From an uncultured Rhodospirillaceae bacterium (GTDB taxonomy: Bacteria > Pseudomonadota > Alphaproteobacteria > UBA7887): a stretch of DNA of 46,589 bases. Below, in pieces: positions 9,101-17,845 of the stretch. The first letter of the stretch is position 1. The number at the start of each line of letters is the position of its first letter. The translations under genes were made by a program, and so were the position numbers. The DNA lies in contig CAZKTK010000001.1 of the NCBI GenBank assembly GCA_964555535.1, positions 1 through 46,589 of the forward strand. The letters are read 5' to 3'. A model generated the notes under the pieces. The model ran no database searches, was not told where the DNA came from, and was given only the letters and a program-made list of their open reading frames with translations.

Positions 9101-9862
9101 CTACATCAAGGGATCTGAATCGAAGGCAAGGCCCAGCGTGTCACGAGCGGTGACGCGAACGCTCTGGCGCCGGTCCGGCAGGTCGAAGGTGAAGGCCGGG
9201 TCGGCGGCAAGCGCCGCATAGGTCACCAGATCGGCAATCGGGCCACGCTCGTCAGCAACGCTGATCGAATCGATGTAATAGGCCGGAATGGGGTCGCCAT
9301 TGGCATCGTCCACCAATCCCGTATCCATGGGATGGGTGATCATGACCTTCACCCGGCTGCCGCCATCCTCCTGGTCGAACTGCTTGGTGGCGACAACGCC
9401 CACGTCGCCCTCGGCCACGTCGACGCTCGGGTTCGAGCAACCACCGGCACCGATCACGGTGACCTCGACATTGGCAACATGCCAGACGCCATCGACGCTG
9501 CGCGCCGCGGCCCGCACCGGCGTGGTGCGCTCCAGGCGAATGTTCATGCCCACGGCACGAACCGCCCGGCGCGGCAGGATTTGCGCTGCGGTCTGGATGG
9601 GATTGTTCTCGGCAAACAGGAAGACCTCGCTCACCGGACCAAGCTCTTCCGAGAACTTAATCTGCACCGGCACGCTCCAGGGCTCCCAAATGACCCGCGG
9701 CATGGTCACCTTGACGGCGTCGTCATAGACGATCTCGCCGGCGCCGAGATGGGCCTCGACAATATCGGGCCAGATCGCCGAACCCAGCGGATCCGCGCTC
9801 GCAGTCTGTGCCGAAAACGCCAGCGCCGCTGCCGTTGCCACTGCCATAAGCCGTGTCTGCAT
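9101..9862 (-). CDS. SoxY-SoxZ fusion-type carrier protein (SoxYZ-like), secreted
   Basis: Signal peptide MQTRLMAVATAAALAFSAQTASA. The SoxY-like half ends in 'VTVIGAGGCSNP'. The SoxZ-like half is 'VKVMITHPMDTGLVDDANGDPIPAYYI' (compare the SoxZ in this window, 'IKTLIAHPMETGFRRD'). The start at 9862 is preceded by GGAGGA. Confidence 0.6.
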   Translation of the reverse strand: MQTRLMAVATAAALAFSAQTASADPLGSAIWPDIVEAHLGAGEIVYDDAVKVTMPRVIWEPWSVPVQIKFSEELGPVSEVFLFAENNPIQTAAQILPRRAVRAVGMNIRLERTTPVRAAARSVDGVWHVANVEVTVIGAGGCSNPSVDVAEGDVGVVATKQFDQEDGGSRVKVMITHPMDTGLVDDANGDPIPAYYIDSISVADERGPIADLVTYAALAADPAFTFDLPDRRQSVRVTARDTLGLAFDSDPLM

Positions 9863-9958
9863 AGTCCCGTCCTCCATCGTATTTGACATGATCTTCTCAC
9901 TCGATGGCGAAATGGTCAAATAATCGGGTATACCGCCCTACCGAACAGGGGAGAAATC

Positions 9959-11047
9959 ATGACCAGAATCGCAAACATCGAGACCACGCTCTACCGCATT
10001 CCGTTGCCGACGCCTGTGCGCGGCGCCAGCACGGGCGTCATGAGCGATTTTGACATGGTCATGGTGCGACTGACCGACGGCGATGGCGTCGAGGGCTCGG
10101 GCTACACGGCCGTGATGCCCGGCCAAGGGGCGTCCATCGCCACCATGATCGATGCGGTCTACGCGGAAATCGTCAAGGAAGGCGATCCGCGCGCCATAGA
10201 AGGGCTTTGGGCCAAGATGTGGAAATGCCAGCACTACGCCGGCCGCGGCGCGCCGGCCAGTTTCGCCATCGCCGCGGTCGATACGGCGCTCTGGGACTTG
10301 CGCGCCCGCGCCCTCGGCGAGCCTCTCTGGCGGCTGCTCGGCGGCCACGATCCGGCGGTGCGCGCCTATGCCGGCAATATCGACCTCAATTTCCCCCTGG
10401 AGAAGGTCGTCGAAGGCGCGCTTCGCAGCGAGGCGGCCGGATACCGCTCGGTCAAGACACGCCTCGGCAAGCCGACCCTGAAAGAGGACCTGGCACGCGT
10501 TACCGCCGTGCGCGAGGCGCTCGATCCCGATACCGAGCTGATGGCGGACGCCAACGAGGCCTGGCGGCCCGACCAGGCCCTGCGGGCCCTGCGCGCCCTA
10601 CAGCCGTTGGATCTGGTCTGGGTGGAGGAGCCAATCACGCCTGACGACTTTGCCGGCTATGCCCATTTGCGCGCCCATGGCGGCGTGCCGCTCTCGGCCG
10701 GCGAGAACCTGCACACCCTTGCCGAGTTCGCCCAGCTCATCGGCGCCCGCGGCATCGATTTTCCCGAACCCGACCTCACCACCTGCGGCGGCATCACGCC
10801 CTGGATGAAGGTGGCACATCTGGCCGAGGCGAATGCCCTGCCGGTAACCTCCCACGGCGCCCACGACATTCATGTTCACCTGCTCGCGGCCGTGCCCAAC
10901 GCCGCCTATCTCGAAGTGCACGGCTTCGGGCTCGACGCCTATATGGCGGAGTCGCTGGGAATGCGTGACGGCATGGCGATCGCGCCGGAGCGCCCCGGCC
11001 ACGGCATCACGTGGGATTGGGACGGCTTGACTGCCCACCGGGTGTGA
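9959..11047 (+). CDS. enolase-superfamily enzyme (mandelate racemase/muconate lactonizing family)
   Basis: Capping domain 'MVMVRLTDGDGVEGSGYT'. Barrel metal ligands lie in 'LMADANEAW', 'VWVEEP' and 'PEPDLTTCGGIT'. Length and layout are typical of the family. Confidence 0.8.
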   Translation: MTRIANIETTLYRIPLPTPVRGASTGVMSDFDMVMVRLTDGDGVEGSGYTAVMPGQGASIATMIDAVYAEIVKEGDPRAIEGLWAKMWKCQHYAGRGAPASFAIAAVDTALWDLRARALGEPLWRLLGGHDPAVRAYAGNIDLNFPLEKVVEGALRSEAAGYRSVKTRLGKPTLKEDLARVTAVREALDPDTELMADANEAWRPDQALRALRALQPLDLVWVEEPITPDDFAGYAHLRAHGGVPLSAGENLHTLAEFAQLIGARGIDFPEPDLTTCGGITPWMKVAHLAEANALPVTSHGAHDIHVHLLAAVPNAAYLEVHGFGLDAYMAESLGMRDGMAIAPERPGHGITWDWDGLTAHRV

Positions 11048-11453
11048 TTCGCTGCCAGATGCCTTCCGCCGTGAAAGCAATCTGACCGCCGGCAGTCAGC
11101 GCGCAACGCACGAAGATGGCGCGTTTGCCGATCTTGAGAACCTCCGCCTGTCCCTCGACCCAGGCCCCGATCTGGGCCGGGCGCAGGAAACTCGTATTGA
11201 GCGTCGCCGTCGCCGCGACGTAATCGGCGGCGCGTGCCGCGACATTGCCGAGCAGGGTGTCGGCAAAGGCCATCAGCGCGCCGCCGTGGGCCACGCCGTT
11301 GCGGTTCGCATGGTGTTCGAGCACGCGGAAGCCCATGACCAGGTCCGTGCCCCGGCCTTTGAGGAAGTAGGGCCCGATACGTTCGCTGAAGCGACCGTCA
11401 CGGGTCTCGTAGAGCTTGAAGCCTTCGGGCGGTCTAGCTTCGTGCGTGTTCAC
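11007..11453 (-). CDS. PaaI-family hotdog thioesterase
   Basis: 'NRNGVAHGGALMAFADTLLG' is the PaaI/4HBT motif. I place the start at the GTG at 11453 (GAGG 6 nt upstream), because the listed upstream extension overlaps the divergent SDR gene and is Pro/Ser-rich. The start is uncertain. Confidence 0.65.
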   Translation of the reverse strand: MNTHEARPPEGFKLYETRDGRFSERIGPYFLKGRGTDLVMGFRVLEHHANRNGVAHGGALMAFADTLLGNVAARAADYVAATATLNTSFLRPAQIGAWVEGQAEVLKIGKRAIFVRCALTAGGQIAFTAEGIWQRITPGGQSSRPNPT

Positions 11454-11529
11454 AACATGCCTCGCTCGTACTCTCCGGTCTGCTCTGATATGACATAGGC
11501 GGCCGAGGAACAAGATCGGGGAGGAAACC

Positions 11530-12246
11530 ATGGCGGAGCTCGAGGGTGAGGTTGCCATCGTCACAGGCGGCGGCAGCGGCATCGGCAAGGCGATCGCGGA
11601 GGCTTTTGCGGGCGCCGGCGCTCATGTGGTGCTGGCGGCACGCAACCGAGAGCGCATCGAGGCGGCGGCGGCGGAGATCGGCGGCACCGCGATTGCCTGC
11701 GATGTCACCGACGAGGCTCAGGTCGCGAGCCTGTTCGCGGCCGTGATGGATGCCCGGGGCCGTGTCGATATCCTGGTCAACAATGCGGGCATGACCCGCG
11801 CCGGCAAGCCCCACAAGCTGACGCCCGAGGACTGGCGCGCCGTGGTCGACGTCAACTTGACCGGACCGTTTCTCTGCTCGGCCGAGGCTTTTCGCGTGAT
11901 GATGCCCCAGGGCGGCGGGCGCATCATCAATATCGGCAGCATCTCGGCGCAAATGTCGCGCGAGGGCTCGTCCCCCTATACCGCCACCAAGTTCGGCCTC
12001 GAAGGCCTGACCCGCGCCCTGGCGCTCGACGGTCGCGAGCACGGCATCGCCGTCAGCATTTTGCATCCGGGCAATGTGGCGACCGATATCTGGAAGGGCC
12101 GCGAGGAGACCGCCAAGGCCGAGGGCCTGGTGCCGCTCCCCGATGTGGGCAAGCTGGCGCTGACCATGGCGACCATGGATCCCGCCGTGAACCTCCTGAA
12201 CAGCGTCATCCTGCCGGTCACCCAGCCTTATCTGGGCCGCGGATAA
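11530..12246 (+). CDS. SDR family oxidoreductase
   Basis: 'VAIVTGGGSGIGKA' Rossmann motif, 'NNAG', catalytic 'YTATKFG'. Confidence 0.85.
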   Translation: MAELEGEVAIVTGGGSGIGKAIAEAFAGAGAHVVLAARNRERIEAAAAEIGGTAIACDVTDEAQVASLFAAVMDARGRVDILVNNAGMTRAGKPHKLTPEDWRAVVDVNLTGPFLCSAEAFRVMMPQGGGRIINIGSISAQMSREGSSPYTATKFGLEGLTRALALDGREHGIAVSILHPGNVATDIWKGREETAKAEGLVPLPDVGKLALTMATMDPAVNLLNSVILPVTQPYLGRG

Positions 12247-12856
12247 AGGCGCAGGCCCGCGGCGGGTTTTCCGCCAGGTCCTCGAGACCGCAGAAATCGA
12301 CGACCCGGCGCATGGCGCGCTCCGGATCGGCGGTGATATCGCGATAGCTTAGGGCAAGGTTGGACAGCCCGAACTGGGTCAGGTCGCTGAACAGCTTCGA
12401 ATAGATCGCACGCGCGCCGGCAGCACCGAGATTGGACGTCCAGCCGCGGCGCACGCGGCTCGCCTCGATCTCGGCCAGCGGCCGGTGCACCACGATCGCC
12501 GTGGTGTCGAAGACATGGGCGATCTGCGGCAGGCAGAGGCCGGCCGCCGGCAGTTTGAGCACCAGCCGCCTCGGTCCTTCCGGCCAGTCACCGAATTTTC
12601 CGGCATCGAGCGCGCCTCGAAATTCTGTTAGCGCAGCAACCAACTCCGCAGACCGCACGGCATCGAATGAAACTTTGCCCTCGTCAACGAAGCGCAGGAC
12701 AAGCTCGCGAAAGGCCACCAGCTCGAAGGAATTGGGCGTACGCGGATCGGAGGTACGGAAGTGGGGGCCGAAGGTCGATACGCCAAGCTCGACCAAAGCC
12801 CCGGCCACGGCGGTGGTGCCGCTGCCCCAGGCGCCGGCTACGAAGATCAGATTCAC
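12218..12856 (-). CDS. P-loop protein, sulfotransferase-like
   Basis: 'LIFVAGAWGSGTTAV' resembles the 5'-PSB loop of sulfotransferases. The GTG start overlaps the stop of the upstream FMN dehydrogenase gene (GTGA). The family call is tentative. Confidence 0.45.
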   Translation of the reverse strand: MNLIFVAGAWGSGTTAVAGALVELGVSTFGPHFRTSDPRTPNSFELVAFRELVLRFVDEGKVSFDAVRSAELVAALTEFRGALDAGKFGDWPEGPRRLVLKLPAAGLCLPQIAHVFDTTAIVVHRPLAEIEASRVRRGWTSNLGAAGARAIYSKLFSDLTQFGLSNLALSYRDITADPERAMRRVVDFCGLEDLAENPPRACAFIRGPDKAG

Positions 12857-14034
12857 CCGGCCCTGCGGTTGGAGAGGCGATCCTCCGCGGAATCGCGCCA
12901 GATGCGCTCCGGCCCGAGTTCGGCGAGTTCGCTCACCCCCGCCTGGCCCATGGTCATGTCGATCTCGACACGCAGGATATCGATGGCATGGGCGACGCCT
13001 GCGGTGCCGCCGACGGCGGCGGCATAGAGGGTGGGGCGGCCGAGGAAGACGAACTCGGCACCAAGGCAGAGCGCGGTCAGCACGTCGGAGCCGCGCCGGA
13101 TGCCGCTGTCGAACATCACCGTCATGCGATCGCCGACCGCCGCCTTGATGGCGGGCAGCATGTCAAGCGGCGACGGCGCGCGGTCGAGCTGGCGGGCGCC
13201 ATGGTTCGAGACGATCACCCCGTCCACGCCCAGCTCAGCCGCACGCACCGAATCGGCCGCATTCATAATGCCCTTGAGCACGAAGGCGCCGGGCCACAGC
13301 TTGCGGAAGCTCTCCACATCGTGCCACGACATGGGCGCCGGCGTTTGCGCCACAACGACATCGGCCACCTGGTCCGGGGTCGGGTTGTCGCCCGCATAGG
13401 CCACCCAGTTCGAAAGCGTCGGCATGCCGGCCTTGAGATAGCCGGCCAGCCATTGCGGGTGGCGCATGGCCTCGAGCTTGGTGGCAAAAGAGAGCTTCAA
13501 GGGCCGCGTGAAGCCGTTGCGCCGATTGCGCTCGCGCTTGGTGTGAACCGGCACGTCGACGGTAAAGACCAGGGTCTTGAGACCGGCATCGTGGGCGCGG
13601 CGGATCATGTCCTCGGAGATCGCCTTGTCGCGTGCCGCATAGAGCTGGTACCAGCCATGATCCGGCGCCAGCTTTCCGAGGTCCTCGATCGAACCCGTGC
13701 CAGCGCCGGACAGAATAAAGGGAATGTTGGCGTCGCGCGCGGCCTCGGCCAGCATCATGTCGGCACCGGGCCGGAACAGGGCCGCAAGCCCGGTCGGCGC
13801 GATGCCGAAGGGCGAGGCATACTCCTGCCCGAACAGGCGCGTCGTCTGGTTCCGTTTGGTGACGTCCACCAGATAGTGCGGGATCAGCCGATGGCGGCGA
13901 AAGGCCTCCTGGTTGAAGTCGAGCCCATCCTCGTCATCGACCCCGCCTTCGATGTAATCGAAAGCGATCTTCGGCAGATAGCGCCTGGCCATTTGCCGCA
14001 GGTCCTCGAAGTTGATGGCGTCACTGACGTTCAT
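12853..14034 (-). CDS. FMN-dependent alpha-hydroxy acid dehydrogenase (L-lactate/mandelate dehydrogenase family)
   Basis: 'INFEDLRQMARRYLPKIAFDYIEGG', 'ILSGAGTGSIE', 'GVDGVIVSNHGARQLD' and 'DSGIRRGSDV' are canonical LldD/glycolate-oxidase blocks. The start at MNVSD is preceded by GGGGAGAA. Confidence 0.85.
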   Translation of the reverse strand: MNVSDAINFEDLRQMARRYLPKIAFDYIEGGVDDEDGLDFNQEAFRRHRLIPHYLVDVTKRNQTTRLFGQEYASPFGIAPTGLAALFRPGADMMLAEAARDANIPFILSGAGTGSIEDLGKLAPDHGWYQLYAARDKAISEDMIRRAHDAGLKTLVFTVDVPVHTKRERNRRNGFTRPLKLSFATKLEAMRHPQWLAGYLKAGMPTLSNWVAYAGDNPTPDQVADVVVAQTPAPMSWHDVESFRKLWPGAFVLKGIMNAADSVRAAELGVDGVIVSNHGARQLDRAPSPLDMLPAIKAAVGDRMTVMFDSGIRRGSDVLTALCLGAEFVFLGRPTLYAAAVGGTAGVAHAIDILRVEIDMTMGQAGVSELAELGPERIWRDSAEDRLSNRRAG

Positions 14035-14184
14035 GGTTCTCCCCAACCGGCGGGCGCTATAGCACGGCGGCGACAACACGGGTACCGCGAATTCGACTGG
14101 CAGACTTGCGCTCAGCGTGCCGGGGTGGCCGGACCGGTGGTCTGCCGTCGCTCTCGCCTGACATTTCCAGGCCTACGGTGGCCA

Positions 14185-17100
14185 CTATCGCATGGTGTCG
14201 AGCAGCGCCTTGGCGTCTTTGAGGTCGGCGGTGTCGAAGCCCTCGCTGAACCAGCCGTAGACGGGCGCGAGGAGGTCGCGGGCCTCGGTGAGCTTGCCTT
14301 GGGACTGCCAGAGGCGGGCGAGTCCGATGGTCGCGCGAAGTTCGAGCATCTTCGCCGCCTGCTCTTGGGCGATGGCGATGGCGCGGCGAAAACTGGCCTC
14401 GGCTGCGACGGTATCACCAAACGAGGCATGCCCGAGGATTTCGCCGTGCACACGATGGGTTTCGGCAGCCCAGAAAACGTGACCGGTCTCCTCGGTCACC
14501 GTAATGGCGGTTTCAATCAGCTCGCGCGCGCGATCCACCTGGCCCAGTCCCAAGGCCGCTTCGGCGCGCAACATATAGCCTTGGCCGAGCTGCCACTTGC
14601 CGCCGGTCGCGGCCCACATGTCGAAACCGGTGGTCAGCTCCTTGTCGGCGGTCGCGAAATCGCCGGCATAGAGATACCCCATGCCGCCATGACAGCCGCA
14701 GACCGAAATCTCCACGAATTGATTGCCCTGCTCGCGCGCGATCCCCCGTGCTTCCGTGGACCGCTCGATCAAAAGCTCGGCTTCGCCCATATAGGCGAGG
14801 ACATCGCAACCGTGGTTCAAGGCAAAGATAAGGGTCAAAGCGTGATCGAGACTTCGGGCATGCTGCAACTGCTCCTCGACGGCAGCTTTGGCTGCCTCGG
14901 GACGCCCCAAGCTCCAATAGATATAGGTCATCGCGCCATAGGTCATGACCTTGGCATCCAAGCCGCCGGCAGCGACCATGAGGGAGGCGTCGCGCTCGAC
15001 ATCGTAAGCCTCAAGCAACTGGGCTCCGTAAATCTCAGCTTTCCTGAGTTGTCCCGTAGCCCAATAGACATACGTTGCCATGTTCCAGGCCATGACCTTG
15101 AAACGCATGTCGGCACTCTGTTCGGCGGCCGCCAGCGAATCCGTAATGATCTCGAGAGCCGCAGAGAAGTTGCAGTGTATAAATTCATGCTGCAACAAGT
15201 TCCATTTTATTGTTAGTGTACGAAATAGATTATCGCCACGTTCGCAAAGCCTTTCCGCGGGCCGCAACGTTATGGGTATTTCCTCGGCTGCCCAACCCTT
15301 CTCGGTCAGATGCGCCATCGACAAGGAGATTCTTATGTCCACTTCGAGATTGTCGCGATCGGCTCCCTCCGGTAGCGCCGCCACTGATTCCAATGCCCTG
15401 TCGAGACAGGTAATGGCGTCGCCTGTGGCCAGCGTCTGCATCGATCGCTGTGCCGCCGCCTGCCAATAGCCTATCGCCCGCTCGGCGATGCCGGCGGCCG
15501 AAAAGTGATGCGCCAGAAATCCGGGCTCGTTCGTGGCGTTCTCCGCGTCTTCCGACTCGAGGGTTTCCGCGATCCGCTTGTGGAACTGCTGGCGCTGACT
15601 CTTGAGCAGGCTCTCATACGCCGCGTCCTGAACCAGGGCATGCTTGTAGGTGTAGCTCACGTCGGGCGGGGGGCCGCGGCGGAAGATCAGCTCGCTATTG
15701 ACGAGCTGCTGGAGCGCATCCTGCAGCTCGTTGTCGCGCAGCGGCGAGACGGCTGCCAGCAGCTCGTAGGAAAACTCCCGGCCGATGCAGGCGCCGGTCT
15801 GGGCCACCTCCTTGACCGGGCTCAAACGATCGAGGTGCGCCATCAGCGAGTCGCGGAGAGTGGATGGGATCGACATTTCGGTGCTGGGGCCACTCTCCAG
15901 CACTGTCTTGGTCAGTTCCTCGACGAATAGCGGGATGCCGTCGGTTTTGGCGACGATCTGGTCGAGCACCTCGTCCGGCAGGGCCTTGCCTCCGGTCACG
16001 CGCGCCACCATGTCGGCACCCTGGCGCTTGCCGAGCCGGGCGAGGGATTGTGCGCTGACGTGGCCGTGGCCCGTCCAAGGTGGCTCGAACTCAGGCCTGT
16101 GGGTGATCACCAGCAGAACCGATGCGGCTTCGATCCGGCCGATGACCGCGCTCAGGGTTTCCAGGGTCGTCGGGTCGCACCAATGGGCGTCCTCGAACAA
16201 CATCAGCAGCGGTTCGCGCGCCGCAAGCGCCGTGACCTGGGCCGCCAGCGCGGCGATAGTGTCGTCCTTCTGGCGCTGCGGCGACAGAGTGAGCGCCGGG
16301 TAGCGGTCGAGCGGCAGCGACAGCATTGCCGCAAACAATGGCGCGACGCTCGCCACGTCCTCCGCACTCTGCGCCAGCAGCGTCTCCAGTTTGTCGAGCC
16401 TGGCCTCTGAAGAGTCTTCGCGGGCGAAGCCGGCCGCGCGCTCCATCTGGTCGATGACCGGATAGAAGGCCGAGTTGGCGTAATAGGGCGAGCACTGGTA
16501 GCGCAGGCGCGTGTGCGGCTCGTCGCCCAAGCGCTCGCGCAGCACCTGGGTAATGCGGGATTTGCCGATGCCGGGCTCGCCTTCGAGCAGCACCACCTGG
16601 CCTTCGCCATCCTTGGCCTGCGCCCAGCGCTCCATCAACATGGCGATCTCGGTCTCGCGTCCGACGAACGGGGTGAGCCCGCCGACCGCTTGTGCCTCGA
16701 AGCGCCCTTCCGCCTGGCTGGCGCCCCACACCCGCCACGCGCGCACGGGCGCCCCCATACCCTTGATCGCTTGCGCGCCAAGATCGTCATAATCGAAGGC
16801 GCCGCGGATCAAGTCGCGCGTGGCCTGGCCGATGACGATCTCGTCCGCACCCGCCAGGCCTTGCAGGCGCGCCGCAAGGTTCGGTGTCTCGCCGACGGCA
16901 AGCCGGTTGGCCTCGGCATCGTCGCCTCTGCCTTCGCCGACCACCACAGGGCCGGTGGCGATGCCGACGCGAAGGCGCAGCGGCTCCGCCGCCTCGACCT
17001 GCTTGACCGCGGCGACGATATCCAACGCCGCCCGCACCGCGCGCTCGCCGTCGTCCTCGTGCGCCCGCGGCCAGCCGAAATAGGCCATCACCCCGTCCAT
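14185..17100 (-). CDS. 5'-truncated class III adenylate/guanylate cyclase - AAA (STAND-like) ATPase - TPR regulator
   Basis: It starts inside the cyclase fold ('MDGVMAYFGWPRAHEDDGERAV...GETPNLAARL'). It then has Walker A 'GEPGIGKS', 'LLMLFEDAHWCDPTT', and a long TPR-like C-terminus. The N-terminal half of the cyclase domain is absent, and there is no RBS before the ATG. Confidence 0.8.
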   Translation of the reverse strand: MDGVMAYFGWPRAHEDDGERAVRAALDIVAAVKQVEAAEPLRLRVGIATGPVVVGEGRGDDAEANRLAVGETPNLAARLQGLAGADEIVIGQATRDLIRGAFDYDDLGAQAIKGMGAPVRAWRVWGASQAEGRFEAQAVGGLTPFVGRETEIAMLMERWAQAKDGEGQVVLLEGEPGIGKSRITQVLRERLGDEPHTRLRYQCSPYYANSAFYPVIDQMERAAGFAREDSSEARLDKLETLLAQSAEDVASVAPLFAAMLSLPLDRYPALTLSPQRQKDDTIAALAAQVTALAAREPLLMLFEDAHWCDPTTLETLSAVIGRIEAASVLLVITHRPEFEPPWTGHGHVSAQSLARLGKRQGADMVARVTGGKALPDEVLDQIVAKTDGIPLFVEELTKTVLESGPSTEMSIPSTLRDSLMAHLDRLSPVKEVAQTGACIGREFSYELLAAVSPLRDNELQDALQQLVNSELIFRRGPPPDVSYTYKHALVQDAAYESLLKSQRQQFHKRIAETLESEDAENATNEPGFLAHHFSAAGIAERAIGYWQAAAQRSMQTLATGDAITCLDRALESVAALPEGADRDNLEVDIRISLSMAHLTEKGWAAEEIPITLRPAERLCERGDNLFRTLTIKWNLLQHEFIHCNFSAALEIITDSLAAAEQSADMRFKVMAWNMATYVYWATGQLRKAEIYGAQLLEAYDVERDASLMVAAGGLDAKVMTYGAMTYIYWSLGRPEAAKAAVEEQLQHARSLDHALTLIFALNHGCDVLAYMGEAELLIERSTEARGIAREQGNQFVEISVCGCHGGMGYLYAGDFATADKELTTGFDMWAATGGKWQLGQGYMLRAEAALGLGQVDRARELIETAITVTEETGHVFWAAETHRVHGEILGHASFGDTVAAEASFRRAIAIAQEQAAKMLELRATIGLARLWQSQGKLTEARDLLAPVYGWFSEGFDTADLKDAKALLDTMR

Positions 17101-17518
17101 CGATGCGCACCGTCACAGGCATGCCTTGGGACTGATGGGCAACGAATGCGCTCAGCGACAGCAGGGCCTCGGATTCGTAAGCCAATGGCGGCGCATCCTG
17201 ATAGCGGCTGCGGCACAGGTTGATGCGCTGTTCCAGATTGACCGGACGACCCTCCCGCTCGTCGAACATCGGATATCGTGCGGCAACACCCGCCATCTCG
17301 CTGCCGTCCGAGCCATGGCAAGCGGCGCAGGGCTTGTCTCCCAAACGCCAGAGATCCCTGCCGGCATCGACCCAGAGCATGCCGGGATTGGCGAAGGGAT
17401 CGTCCTGCAAGGCCTGCGTGTCGGCGGATTGAAAGGTGTAGCCGGACTGCACGTCGTCTGCCTTTGCGGAATATGCCAGAAGGCATACGACGACACTTGC
17501 AAGGCAAACGGTTTTCAT
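17096..17518 (-). pseudogene. soxA: soxA 5' fragment (signal peptide plus first heme domain only)
   Basis: 'MKTVCLASVVVCLLAYSAKA' signal peptide, 'FANPGMLWVDAG', heme site 'CAACH', 'VAARYPMFD', 'SQGMPVTVRIDG'. After this point the same frame becomes Arg/Gly-rich nonsense inside the cyclase gene. The ATG overlaps the soxZ stop (ATGA). Confidence 0.7.
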
Positions 17519-17835
17519 TCGACCGCGATCGTGGCGGAGGCGGAAAATCTCTCGCCGTACTGATCGGTCCAGACAAACACCAGCTCGCCGCTCTCGGTTG
17601 CCGTGGTGTAGAACGTCAGATACGGGTTTGCCGCCACTGCCGGGTGGAAGGCGGCGCGAAAGATCTCTTCGCCATTATAGAGGCAGAGGAAATCCGTGAT
17701 GATGTTACGCGGGATCGCCTTGCCGACCGCGTCGCGGCGGAATCCCGTCTCCATGGGATGGGCGATCAGGGTCTTGATCTCGATGACCTCGCCCGCACTC
17801 GCGGTCTCGGGCACGGCAAGGCGGATCTTGGTCAT
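17515..17835 (-). CDS. soxZ: SoxZ sulfur-carrier partner protein
   Basis: 106 aa. 'GEVIEIKTLIAHPMETGFRRD' and 'YNGEEIFRAAFHPAVAANPYLTF' are the SoxZ signature blocks. Confidence 0.8.
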   Translation of the reverse strand: MTKIRLAVPETASAGEVIEIKTLIAHPMETGFRRDAVGKAIPRNIITDFLCLYNGEEIFRAAFHPAVAANPYLTFYTTATESGELVFVWTDQYGERFSASATIAVE

Positions 17836-17845
17836 TGCCCGCGCC

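Noticed and set aside
12667-15216. 849-aa plus-strand ORF, the longest in its region
   Set aside because: It runs antisense to the FMN dehydrogenase gene and the C-terminus of the cyclase-AAA-TPR gene. Its translation is Arg/Gly/Ala/His-rich with no recognisable motif. The opposite strand carries clear family signatures. It is a typical high-GC shadow ORF.
16787-17095. Continuation of the soxA reading frame for about 100 more codons
   Set aside because: After '...VRIDG' the frame reads 'RGDGLFRLAAGARGRRRARGAGG...', which is an out-of-frame translation of the cyclase gene. It is not SoxA sequence.
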